Assembly (NCBI RefSeq): GCF_001194135.2
Contig: NC_068992.1
Location: 3,065,416-3,129,415, forward strand
Reading direction: 5' to 3'
Source of the DNA: Octopus bimaculoides
Taxonomy: Eukaryota
Length of the DNA: 64,000 nucleotides
Part shown: positions 10,368 through 22,412 of the stretch, one piece after another
Numbering within the stretch: the first letter of the stretch is position 1
How the letters are laid out: every line of letters begins with the position of its first letter
Program-made: the position numbers and the translations under genes
The notes under the pieces: generated by a model
Database searches by the model: none
What the model was told of the DNA's origin: nothing
The model's input: the letters and a program-made list of their open reading frames with translations, nothing else

Positions 10368-10505
10368 CTGAGCTGTGTGATTGAGAAGTCTACATTACAA
10401 TTACAGGGTTTCGGGTTCAGTTCCACTGCATGGCATCTTGAGCAAACATCTGCTATAGCCCAGGCTGACCAAACCCGTTTGAGTGGAGTTGGTCAATGGA
10501 AATGT
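10368..10505 (+). mobile_element. SINE family B, diverged 5' half
   Basis: GGGTTCAGTTCCACTGCATGGCATCTTGAGCAAA..CTATAGCC aligns to the family-B head and core. Confidence 0.7.
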
Positions 10506-10929
10506 GTGTATGTGTGTGTGCACGTGGGTGAGTGTGTGGTGTGTGTTATAGGAATATAGAAAATAAGAAATGTTACAATAGTGAAAAATAAAAATTACAA
10601 AAAATAAAAATAATACAAACAACACATAATAAAATTAATGAATAAATAATGAAAAATGATGACAAATGAAAAATAAAAATTAGTAATAATAAAAAAAATT
10701 AAAAGAATTAAGTGAATAAATCAGAAATAGAAGGAAATTTGGTAGCAGAAATAAGGTCAACAACAGAAATAAATAAAAATCATTTTTAAAATTATAAAAA
10801 AATTTTTTCATTATTAAATTATTAAAAAATCATTTTAAAAATTATAAAAAATAATTAAAAAAATAAACTAGTAAAAAAATGAATAAGAAAGGGATAAAAA
10901 GATTGAGTAAAATATTTTTTCAAAAAAGG

Positions 10930-11215
10930 GTGTGTGAGGAAAGACACAGAGGATGGGGTTGTGTTGAGTCTGAAAGGAGTTTGGGTATGTAGAGTGAAAA
11001 TGCTGTTCCAGGTGGAGTCTAGAGTTGGTGGATCCATGGTGTAGGACAAGGCGAAAGATGGTGAGGTTTGAGGTGGAGTGGTTTGCTTAGTGGAATTGAT
11101 GGGCAACAAGGGTGTTCTTACGTAGATGAATGTCTCGTATGTGTTTGATGAACCTGTCAGCTAGTCAGTGGCCAATATTACCAACGTAAGATTGTACTAG
11201 ATGCATTAAATGAGG
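10930..11215 (-). mobile_element. Penelope-like element GIY-YIG endonuclease C-terminal fragment
   Basis: Minus frames give YVG..LADRFIKHIRDIHL..VAHQFH.ANHS..HGSTNSRLHLEQH..FTLHTQTPFRLN, matching the PLE pattern LADRFxEH..GHS..EQ..IF.L.T..P.GLN. Confidence 0.7.
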
Positions 11216-11243
11216 CTTGATGAAGTGCCGGAGAAGGAGTTTC

Positions 11244-11382
11244 TTATTCAGGTTACAACCTGGAATTGAACTCCAAATTTTGGGGTTAGTAGCTCACGCT
11301 CTTAACCATATGGTGTAGCGGTTAAGAGCGCGGGCTACTAACCCCAAGATTCTGCATTCAATTCCAAGCAGTGACCTATAAG

Positions 11383-11413
<31 letters not shown>

Positions 11414-11581
11414 TCAAAAAATACCTTAGGAATGAGAACCCAGGTTCGAAATTTCCCCCAAGACACCTGATGAAGGTTGGAGGGTATATCAGCCGAAATG
11501 TTAACAACAAACAAGATGAGGACAAATATTCGTCAAATGTAAATAATGTACATAATTCCTCATCTCTTAAATATAGAACTG
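11244..11581 (+). mobile_element. SINE family C, full-length with 34-nt tail, preceded by an inverted copy of its own head
   Basis: Inverted head 11244-11306; direct head from 11307; (AAT)n; CTGATGA 11467-11473; GAAA 11495-11498; tail 11548-11581. Confidence 0.85.
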
Positions 11582-13524
11582 TATTAACCATTCCATCCCT
11601 GAAATTGTGAACTTTGTGCCAAAATTAGAAACTAATATATTAATCAGCATTGAGATTCTTCCAAGGATACAACACCTGTTCATCTCAAGTTTTACGTGCA
11701 GTGTATTTTGCTAATATGCTCATCCATTCTATACTGGATCCTTTGCTTATAATAAACTGTACAAAGCCAATTCTTCTTCATTTCAAGTTATGTATGATAT
11801 CTATCTTTGTTATTGACTATGAGCATCTAGATAGATATTGCCAATTACATGTTGTAACAATATTCATCACATAAATCAAATGATGAAAAAATATCATCTT
11901 TTTGTATAGAGAGCTTTTCTTCATTGTTGCTGTTCTGAAAAGATTTGATATGATCTGTTCAGCTGTTGTTAAATGTTTTATATTATTATTTTTATTATAA
12001 TTCCTCAAATACAACAGATGTACTTTATTTGTTGCTTAATTTTTATTTCTTGAAGATTGAGTAATATTTCTGTTTTAAAAAAAAGCCATCAAAAGATTTG
12101 GATATGCAAGTATATTTATATTAAAAGTAATTAGCACCGATGGTCCTGGAGAAAGCAACAACAGACCATTCCAGTATATTCACTTTTCAAATAGTAAAGT
12201 CTTTGAACATAACTTAATATGTTGCTGTGTTGTTGGATGTTATCCTTTGAAATGAAGAGATTGAAGGAAAAGGATTACAACATAATTCTTATGGAGAGAA
12301 ATTTTGCAATGTATAGCAAGGAATCTCCATGATAAAAAGTAACACTATAATTTGACAATCAAAATACGAAATCTTGTTCTGGATCACGAGGGTTTTCATC
12401 CGGATTATGGATCATGATTCTTGTCGAGGATGATTTTTAATAATAACAATCTTTCTGGCCCCTTACCTCGTACGACCAAAAAGATGAAAGATTTGTTAAG
12501 CGATATTGTAAAACTAGCTGCCTTACAAAAAACATACTTTTCTCTCAAATCTTCTGGTAATAAAATGTTTTTTTGGGTTTTTTTTTTATCATTTCAAAAG
12601 AATTGATAAACAACTTGCCCCTTAAAAGATGACAGGAATGAATGTAAATCATAGAGGCAAAAAAGAAAAAAGAGAAATATTGAAACATAAGTATTACGAA
12701 ATGGTATTAGAAAGAAGAAAATACGTGCTGGGCAAATAACATTTCTTGATTTACATCAAAGAACATTAAGGATTAATTCCAACAAATCTGACAAGTGAAA
12801 TCAAAAGTCAGTACCCTTTAAACTCATGCAACTCTCACAAGAGATTTGTATATGCATCTGCAACAATTATACTATTGCAGCCACATGCATCTTAGACTAT
12901 TTCTATCTTCTCCCTCAGATCCTTCAAGTCCTCCTACCACTACCTTTGCCAGTTGCATTACATATTTTGCCAAATCCACCTGATTAATCTTATTTCTCCT
13001 CCTGTCATCATCTCTTATGAGAATTAATTCTTCAACTACCAAACGATCCACCCAACAATTGCCTCTCTCACTAACGTTTCCCTTCTTCCAATATGTTTTT
13101 AGGTCAAGTGCTGACCTACACCTTCTTCTTCCTTCTTCCATTTCATAATATTTAACCAATTTCTGACATTCATATGCTTCCAATATTCCTTCCCCCCCCC
13201 CTTTTTTTTGCCTACTCTGCACCTCAACAATTGTTACATTCCTATTTTGCACATTTCAGGTTTCAGGAAATCTGATTACCAAAATTCTCACTTGGTTGAG
13301 GAATAGTACAAAATCACAAATTACAAGTTGAAAGGTGTGCAATTCCAGAGGCACTGTAGATGTGCCTCTGGTGATAGGCTAAGAACACAGCAAATCCCTG
13401 ATGAAACTATTTTAGTTTTAAATCCCAGTCACACCTTATCTGCATTAGCAGTGCATGAACTGTCCCAGGTTCAATTCTCTTAGAGCCCTCACCATACTTA
13501 GATTTAAGAAATTTTGTTCCTAAA

Positions 13525-13950
13525 GCAGGAGTGGCTGTGTGGTAAGTAGCTTCCTTACCAACCGTATGGTTCCGGGTTTAGTCCCACTGTGTAGCACCTT
13601 GGGCAAGTGTCTTCTTCTATAGCCTCAGGCCGACCAAAGCCTTGTGAGTGGATTTGGTAGACAGAAACTGAAAGAAGCCTGTCATATATATATATATATA
13701 TATATATANNNNNNNNNNNNNNNNNNNNNNNNNNNNNNNNNNNNNNNNNNNNNNNNNNNNNNNNNNNNNNNNNNNNNNNNNNNNNNNNNNNNNNNNNNNN
13801 NNNNNNNNNNNCACGTAACTTAGCGGTTCGACAAAAGCAACCAATAGAATAAGTACTAGGCTTTCAACGAATAAATCCTGGGGTCGATTTGTTCGACTAA
13901 AGGCAGTGCTCCAGCATGGCCGCAGTCAAATGACTGAAACAAATAAAAAT
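13525..13950 (+). mobile_element. SINE family B, full-length, with a gap (13709-13811) in its central microsatellite
   Basis: Head GCAGGAGTGGCTGTGTGGTAAG, B-box GGGTTTAGTCCC, CORE-like block, tail GCATGGCCGCAGTCAAATGACTGAAAC. Confidence 0.9.
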
Positions 13951-16377
13951 ATAAAAAATAAAGCAAAAACGCAAATCCCTACTTATGACTGTTCTTACCT
14001 TTGATCCCTGACACTAATTTTGAAACTTTTATACCGTCTTAACTATCCATTGTTTAATCTTGAGGAATAAAGATTGATCAAAGATATTTGTCTTATCCTT
14101 TTAATCTTTCGCTTACTTTATATTCTGGCAGAAGAGAACAACGGAGGTTGAAATTGAATTACGATATGTTGAGTGTGTAATTTTTTTCTGAATAGTTCTT
14201 CAAGTTTGACTTAGATTTATAAAAAAAAATGTAATTTAAATCTGTATAATACAAAAATCCAAACCCTAACTTTACATTTTAAGAATTTAAGAATCCTTTT
14301 TAAGATGGCATTCAATTTATTAACTCCTTTTGAGAAAGGCAGCTCCGTACAAAATGTGTCAAGATGTTGGCAATAATAGAGATATAAAGTTTCTTACTTA
14401 TTCTTTACATGAAATGGAAAATGAAAAAAAAAAAAGGAAAACGAATGAAATTTGCAAGAAAATTATTAAAGATTCTATGAAATAACCAAATAAACCTGCT
14501 CTAGCAGAACCATAATTAGAAGAATTAAAATAAGGAACTAAATAATGAAACAATCGTTATTTTTTTTTTTTTTTTTTTTCAGATTTATAAGTTTGTAACT
14601 AAACATATATTGAAGTTGGTTACAATCAAACTAAAATAAATAAATAGATAAACCGATAAAAAATAGATAAAAGTATATTGAATAACTAATGTATTTTTCT
14701 TCACATTTGGTTTTAAAATACCTAATCTCTTTAGAGTGTTGTTTGAAATAGTTTTTGAATAATAAAAATGATATTTTATAGAAATTGATGAAATAAGACA
14801 GTGTAAGCATTAGGTCAGAACTGACAAACTTTCTCTCAAAGACATCAATATAAGAACTTTCTAAATCCTAAAGAAGTTAGGAGAACGCCAGACAAACTAC
14901 AAATATTATCAGAATTAAGACATCGCACATTTTTTTAAAATGTGATTATTTGTTTGGCAATAAATCTCAATAAATCATACTTATAGTTTAATAGATGATT
15001 AATTTTACTGCTCAGCTATATCAATATTGAACAAAGACAACAAGAATAATGAAACAAGTAGATGCATACACTTGAATATATGTGAAGATGAAAAGAAAAA
15101 GTAGATTTATATTTAATACTACAATCAAGTGAATATATTAAGTCAATTTTGAAATATTTTCTTTTCCCCAGTATAAATTTGATTTAAATTTAATTTGAAT
15201 CAATTAACCTTAGCTTTATAATAACAAAACTATAGCTATGATACAGAGAAGATAAACATTTAATTACTGGTAAAACACTACTTTAATCAATAACAAATAC
15301 ATTAGAATATGAATATATTATTGGTGAAATATTTTAATGTTTTTATCCCTCACTTTTATTGATAAGCATTCTGCGATGTTGTAAACAAAACTGTAAATGG
15401 TTTAGAGACACATCGAGTCCTAGACAGGCTGATGATATAAATAGAATAATTTGAAAACAACTCTCCAAAGTATTGAATCTATCGTTAATTATCGAGTGGG
15501 GCCCTCCACTAGCCATATACTTTGCTCAACTGCCTCAAGCTGGAACTTTGCACCTAGACTAAACTACTGAGTGGTAAATGTCTGCCACACATCTCAAACA
15601 CAACAGCAAAAGAAAAAAAATACATTGGTAGGATGAAGATTTAATTCTTCAGTTGAAAGGGCAGCTTCCTAACAAATGAATTAGCAGTGACACTGGTTAT
15701 GTTATAAACATCAGATAATAAAGATGGATAGGAGCTTTTTATAAGTGATGAAATACCTTCTACACTTGTATAATAACTGTCTGAAATCTTTCCTAATGGA
15801 ACAGACGAGAGATGAATTTCTCAAGATATTCCATAAATTGTTCCACAGTTATGGTCAAATTGACAGTTCTATTGAAATATTTCATGTATAATGTTCTAAA
15901 CAATTTGATTATGTTTATAATATAATGATGAAGCTGTGACTAGAAAGTGTCATATAATGATTAGTATATAGAATTTATAGTTAGAAGCAGACAAAATATG
16001 AACTTTTATCTCAACATTGAGAATTAACCCACAAACATTTGACTTGTGGTTTCTATTCAGTAAAACTGCATAACCAAATATTCTTTGGTTTCTCTCAAAT
16101 GAAATTGATTGTATCAAATGAAATATCTCCAGGTTATTATGGAACAGTGTTACCAATATGGAATCGTATTCCAAACAGAATGCAAATTATTTCATTAAAC
16201 TTGTCTGATGCACGGTGCTCTTAGCTAATCTCTTTTTAAAAGTTTCAAATCTCAAAACAGTTTAAGTTGAAGCCATTGTCGCAATTCAATTCAAATTGCA
16301 GCACTGAACTTTCTTTGAGGCAATACAAACAGCAATTATCTCCGTTTGTTTTTAACTACAAGATGATTGTTATATTG

Positions 16378-16540
16378 GTTTCAGGTTTTGACACTAGGCC
16401 AGCAGTTTAAGGGGATGGGGATAGGCTATTACATCGGCCCCGGTGCTCAGCTGGTACTTATTTTATCGACCCTGAAAGAATGCAAGGTGAAGTCAACCTC
16501 AGCGGAATTTGAACTCATAACGATGAATATTCTAAGTAAG
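16378..16540 (-). mobile_element. SINE family A, partial
   Basis: GTACTTATTTTATCGACCCTGAAAGAATG..GGAATTTGAACTC is the reverse complement of the family-A body. Confidence 0.8.
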
Positions 16541-16619
16541 AAAAAGAGAATAAGTAAAGGAACGAAACGTTGTTGGAGAAGGTTTTCAAGAGAGAATGTT
16601 TCAACTCCAATAATAGTGG

Positions 16620-16820
16620 TTTCAAATTTTGGCACAAGGCCAGCAAGATCAGGAGAGGGGATAAGTCAAAAACATCGAACCCAGTGTTTGACCAGTACTT
16701 GTTTTATCGACCCCCAAAAGGGGTTAACATCAGTAGGGTTTGAACTCAGAATTTGTAGAGAGACAAAATGCCACTAGACTTTTGCCCAGTGTGCTAATGG
16801 TTCTGCAAGCTTGCCACCTT
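16620..16820 (-). mobile_element. SINE family A, diverged
   Basis: TTTCAAATTTTGGCACAAGGCCAGC tail through GCAAGCTTGCCACCT head, in reverse. Confidence 0.75.
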
Positions 16821-17574
16821 CAGATTTTCTGCATGGCACATCCAAACTTGAAAACCTTCAAACTTGCAAACATAGACTCACAGTCCAGTATTCTGAATTC
16901 TCGTGAACACACACCATGCTCTGGTGATTGCTATATTACTAAATGGTTATTACTAAAACATTGAGCAGGATTAAACAATGGAAACTACCATCAATCCCTA
17001 ACATGTTACTTAAAGGAAAATTAAAATATGGCAGATGGAAGTATGAAGTTTATCTTTCTGAAGTTTTATCGAAACTCTGGAAACTCAGTTTCTTTCCTAT
17101 TGCCTCTCTTCTCTTTCTCCAACTTTCTACTTCAAATTTGTCTTGAATTATTGCACTCAGACAAACTTGGTAAATTTGTTCATTGCTTCATTTTCAATGA
17201 AAATTTGGCAACATTCAAAGTTTTCCTGGCAGTAAAATCATTAAACATTATTTATGATTATTTCCTTTCACTGACCTCAATATTTCACTAGACCAGCGCT
17301 TATCTCCGGCCTCTCTGAGATTAATTGGGTGAAAAGCAATATACCCTACTGGATAGACTGCTGAATAACGTCTTCTTTGGAAGAAACTTAATTTAAGACC
17401 CAGTTTCACTAAAGCTATGGAATATATCAACCTTCGATCTTTAGCTTCATTCATACCAGCGAACATTCTGGGAACTTTGTTTTAGCCACAGACATATAAG
17501 ACCAGTTACAATATAAGAATCACTGCTCTTTTGGATGATTTTTCTATGATTCCATGTAATATATTGCTATTATC

Positions 17575-17962
17575 ATCATTTAGTAGTTTTATTTTTATAA
17601 TGTGCTTTCACTTCACTACCAAGCGCAGCTCTGTGCGCCTTGGGTATGTGCTGTGGTTTGCTGTGGTGCTCTTATGGTTACTGTATTGAAAGTGTTTTGC
17701 GTAGGATGTGTGCTGTGCCCAGTAGTGCAATTTTCTGTATGTTGTATATATTTGTAAGTCCTGGTGTTTTTGTTATGTATTTGTCTGAATATTTTTTTAT
17801 TATACCTAAGGCACCTACTATGATAGGAATTGTTTCTGTTTTTAGATTCCACATTCAAGTTACCTCTATTTCCAGGTCTTTGTATTTTGAAAGTTTCTCC
17901 ATTTCTTTTAGGGAAACGTTGTCATCTGCTGGTATTGATACATCAATTAGAAAGCAATTTTT
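17575..17962 (-). mobile_element. Dong/R4-like (R2 superfamily) LINE 3' end with restriction-like endonuclease domain
   Basis: NCFLIDVSIPADDNVSLKEMEKLSKYKDLEIEVT*MWNLKTETIPIIVGALG..IQKIALLGTAHILRKTLSIQ* (17962-17678), one in-frame TGA, followed by a 3' UTR. Confidence 0.85.
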
Positions 17963-17965
17963 TCC

Positions 17966-18172
17966 TGGCAGAACTGTTAGCACACCGGGCAAAATGCTTA
18001 GGAGTATTTCGTCTATCTCTACGTTCTGAGTTCAAATTCTGCCAAGGTCGACTTTGCTTTTCATCTTTTCTGGATCAATAAATTAAGTACCAGTTGAGCA
18101 GTGGGGTGAAGGTAATTGACTAGTCATCTCCTCCAATATTTCAGGCCTTGTGCTTTTAGTAGAAAGGATTAT
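17966..18172 (+). mobile_element. SINE family A
   Basis: CTGGCAGAACTGTTAGCACACCGGG..CTGAGTTCAAATTCTGCC..TAGTAGAAAGG. Confidence 0.85.
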
Positions 18173-18180
18173 CGTTATTA

Positions 18181-18345
18181 TGCTTAGCAGCATCTCGCCT
18201 GACTTTACGTTCTGAGTTCAAATTCTGCTGAGGTCAACTTTGCCTTTCATCCTTTTAGGGTCGATAAATTAAGTTCCAGTGAAACACTGGGGTCAATGTA
18301 ATCGACTAGTCCCTTCCCCCAAATTTCAGGCCTTGTGCCTATAGC
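18181..18345 (+). mobile_element. SINE family A, 5'-truncated, in tandem with the preceding copy
   Basis: CTGAGTTCAAATTCTGCTGAGGTCAACTTTGCCTTTCATCC..GGCCTTGTGCCTATAG. Confidence 0.85.
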
Positions 18346-18559
18346 AGTAATTACTATTATTATTATTATTGAGTGAGAGAGCAGTGCATACCATTAAAGT
18401 GACACTGGGGTAAAATATCTGAAGACCAGTAAACCCAACATAACTACTCATCTGGTAAGGGTACTCCTCTATTTATTCCAAGTACTTCTCAAAATTTTTA
18501 CTCACTGTTCCCAGGGCTCCAACAATTATTGGTACTACTACCACCTTTTTCATCGACCA

Positions 18560-18561
<2 letters not shown>

Positions 18562-18610
<49 letters not shown>
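18562..18610. repeat. (TTA)n microsatellite
   Basis: Direct inspection. Confidence 0.95.
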
Positions 18611-18614
18611 GATG

Positions 18615-18750
18615 GTAGGCAGTATTTTTAAGATGCTGAACAAAATGACTCAGCAGCATTTTGCCCATCTTTATAATCTCAGTTCAAATTCCACAGAGGC
18701 TGGTCAATAAAATAAGTACTAGTCAAATACTGGGGTCGATGTAATCATTC
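18615..18750 (+). mobile_element. SINE family A, diverged and deleted
   Basis: CAGTTCAAATTCC..AATAAAATAAGTACTAG..CTGGGGTCGATGTAATC. Confidence 0.6.
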
Positions 18751-19479
18751 TCCATCCATGCCATCTCCAAGGAGTTAAAAAAATAATCCTAAATTTCACT
18801 AACCTCACCTAACCATTAGATAAAGTACGACAAGATAGAGGACTGTTTATTATTCGTACTTTCACTGCTATTAAGTATTACTGTTGCTTATATCTTTTGG
18901 TTCTTATGTAAATAAGGTTCTCCTGAAATTCTGATATTCCTGTCTTGTTAGTCTTTATTGAACAAACAACATTAGAGAAAGAAATTGAAAGACGGTTTGC
19001 ATTATAATTTAGTGAGAGAGAATTAGCTTTGGAGAAATAGTTATTCTTTGGTTGTCAGTTAATCTTTAGTTGCTCTGCAAAAGTGATTTATTTCAAAATT
19101 ATTTTGGAGAGAAAAGTGTAAAAAAAGCAACTACACAATAATAAAAACAAAAATTATGCAACGAATGCTTTGTATGTGTAAAATTTGAGCAGAGAAATAT
19201 TTAGTAGAAGCCAAACGTAGTGTCTGAATTCAAAGTCTTTAGCAAATACACCTTGTGTATTTTACTTCTAAAAAGTCAACCAAAATATTTACATTTTAAG
19301 AATATTGGATTTTACTTTAGATTCATCCGTCATGAATAAGCAGGCTATAAGTATTTAACCCTTTCACATTCAGGTTACTATATCAAATGTAATGTTTGTT
19401 TATTCTCATTGTTTTCAATTAATCATGGATTATCTTGTATCTTTGAGATTTCGGTGATGTGATTTTTTTTTTCTCTTTT

Positions 19480-19861
19480 TACTTGTTTCAGTTATCAGTC
19501 TGTGGCCATACTGGAGCAATGTCTTAAAGAATTTCTTTAGTCAAATGGTTTGATCACCCCAGTACTTTTGTTTCTGTTTTTTTACATCTAGTACTTCAGC
19601 TATTCATGTCTTTTTCCAAACTGCTAGGTTATGGAGATATAAACTCACTAACACCGGTTGTCAAGCAGTGGTTGGGTACAAACACAGACACAAACACACA
19701 CACACACACACATACAATGGGCTTCTTTCAGGTTCCGTCTAGTAAATCCACTCACAAGGGCTTGGTTGCCCAAGGCTATAGTAGAAGACACTTGCCCAAG
19801 TGGGACTGAATCTGGAACCATGTGGTTTGGAAGCAAGCTTCTTCCCACACAGCCACACCTG
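19480..19861 (-). mobile_element. SINE family B
   Basis: AAATCCACTCACAAGG..GTAGAAGACACTTGCCCAAG..CCACACAGCCACACCTG is the reverse complement of the family-B head and core. Confidence 0.85.
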
Positions 19862-21042
19862 TGTGATAAGAAGATTGTATACAATCTAATACAATTAGAG
19901 CATCTACGTAAATCTGTACCAACTTAAGAAATTGCCATGTTTAACTTTCATGCATTTCAACTTAGACTCCTGGTGCAACCACTGATTCTCATCTACCATG
20001 TAGATTTTACAGCAGAAACCATAGACACTCTTTCTTTTCAAATAAAGAGATAAAAACAACTGTTTGCTAGTTTCAAGGGAATTTAGTACCATTAGAATTG
20101 TTACACAGAATCTATTAAACTCACCAGTTGCATATAAAACAGAATATAAGCATTTCTGTTAGTATGTAACAGAATATCTTATATTTGTGGCTATTTATAG
20201 ATGCTTATAGCACTGAAAGTTATGTTGATTTGTTAGTTATAAGAGAGGAAAAGCAAAAACTCACAATTCTTACTTTTTTCAAATTTTGTTTTTATCCAAA
20301 TATTATTACTTTCATTTTATATTTTAAAAGAGAAAAATAAAGAAAAACACAGGGAAACTGAATAAACAAAACAAAACCCAAAATATTAACCTTTTGGAGG
20401 TATCTAAAAAGAACAGAGAAGTTGAATTCTAAACAATTTGCTGTTTGCCTTACTGTTGTTGTTGCTGCTGCTTTAAGCAAATAGAACAGATTCAAAAAGG
20501 ATTCTCTATCAATAATAGAGCACCTTTTACTTCCTTGTTTGCAGGGAGTAGTATTAATGAGAATATCTGGAAATAGCTTGTAGGCTAGCAATGCTTATCT
20601 CATGACTTGCAAACATGATGTAAGAAAGCATTCTTTGTGGAAATGTTCAACTAGTTACGAGATGGATGTAATCCATAACACTTTTATACAACAACTTTCA
20701 ACATATCTTTTGACATATCGATTCAAGTTTATCTCAAGAACACTTAAGTAAACTTATAGATGCATGCAAACACATACTTGTGCATGATTTCATTCATGTC
20801 TTAGGAGATATGGACACATCGAGAGAGTCGAGAAGGAAATTCAGTCGTAGAGAGATAAATTCAAAAACGTCCTTACACAGCAGTTTTAAACAATATGGCA
20901 AAACAGATAAAAGAAGAAAGGCAGAGCTTACTTGATGTTACCTCAACAGATTTACATTATTTCAAAGATTTTATACATAACAGTCAAAAGTCTCTTCACA
21001 ATAACAACTATATGCATAAGTAATCAATAACATACAGCATCC

Positions 21043-21088
<46 letters not shown>

Positions 21089-21096
21089 TATATAAG

Positions 21097-21249
21097 CATG
21101 GCTGTGTGGTAAGAACCTTGCTCTCCAATCACATGGTTCTGGGTTCAGTCCCACTGTGTACCACTTTGGGCAAGTGTCTTCTACTATGGCCTCGGGCAAA
21201 CCAAAGCCTTGTGAGTGGATTTGGTAGACAGAGACTGAAAGAAGGGTCG

Positions 21250-21297
<48 letters not shown>

Positions 21298-21505
21298 CAT
21301 ATGTTTGTGTGTCTGTGTTTGTCCCCCCCACCATTGCTTGACAACCAATGCTGGTGTGTTTACCTCTCTGTAACTTAGCGGTTCGGCAAAAGAGACCGAT
21401 AGAATAGTACTCGGCTTACAAAGACTAAGTCCTGGGGTCGATTTCTTTAGCTAAAGGTGGTGCTCCAGCATGGCTGCAGTCAAATGACAAACAAATAAGG
21501 AAAAA
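21097..21505 (+). mobile_element. SINE family B, full-length
   Basis: Head, CORE-like block, central (TA)/(TG) tract and tail all present. Confidence 0.9.
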
Positions 21506-21509
21506 GAAT

Positions 21510-21596
21510 ATGTATGTATATATATATACACACATTCATATATATACATGTGTGTGTATATATATACATACATATTCATACACATCTATTTATCTA

Positions 21597-21663
<67 letters not shown>

Positions 21664-21677
21664 ATATATTCATATAC

Positions 21678-21709
<32 letters not shown>

Positions 21710-21790
21710 CAGTATATACCTATCTATATATTCACATACAAATATATCTATTTATTTTAATACCATATATATAAATATACACCCACATAT
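21510..21790. repeat. Compound (TA)n/(TCTA)n/(TG)n microsatellite
   Basis: Direct inspection. Confidence 0.9.
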
Positions 21791-22106
21791 AATTTAAATA
21801 CTGTAGCCATAAATATACATCCACATATATTTCAACTTAGATTTTATTACACAAAAAATATCAAAGGGAACAGTGATTTTGTTTTTGATTTTTAATGCTT
21901 AGAATAATAAAAGAAGTTAAGCAGAAAATTGATAATTTTATTGTAAATAATAATTTTTCCAGCAAATGTTAAGTCTACAATATTATTTTCCTTCAGTAAT
22001 ACAAATAGAAAATTTATAGAGCCAGTGGAATAAAGAGAAGTTAGCATTCTCCACCCTTACTGCTAATTCACTGTACACAGAGCTCACTATCATTGGGGGG
22101 TGACAA

Positions 22107-22412
22107 GATTTCCTGGAAAGGAACGGGTACTTGCTAGAAAGTTCTGAGGGCTTCATGGAAAAGTCGGGTATTTCCTTCAAAGTTCCGAGGGATCCTTGGA
22201 GGAAGCCCGAGTATTTCCTAGAAAGTTCCGTGGTTTTGGGGGGACTTCCTGTAAAAATCCGGAGATTAGGGTGAGATTTCCTGGAAAGCTCCGTGGATGG
22301 GGAAGAGACTTACTGGAAAACTCCGGATACTTCCGGAAAGTTCCAAGGGCATCCAGAAAAAAACGAGTATTTCCTGGAAAGTTCTAAGGTTGTGAGGGAC
22401 TTCCTGGAAAAG
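22107..22412. repeat. Degenerate GC-richer repeat built on TTCCTGGAAA-like units
   Basis: About 13 variant units; six exact TTC-N3-GAA matches starting at 22110, 22152, 22215, 22278, 22371 and 22401. Confidence 0.75.

Noticed and set aside
11307-11378. Bona fide tRNA genes at SINE heads (also 5725-5795, 41845-41918)
   Set aside because: The acceptor stems do not close and the heads run into shared SINE bodies, so they are tRNA-derived rather than tRNA genes.
12872-13252. 126-aa minus-strand ORF
   Set aside because: Purine-rich compositional ORF with no motif I can recognise.
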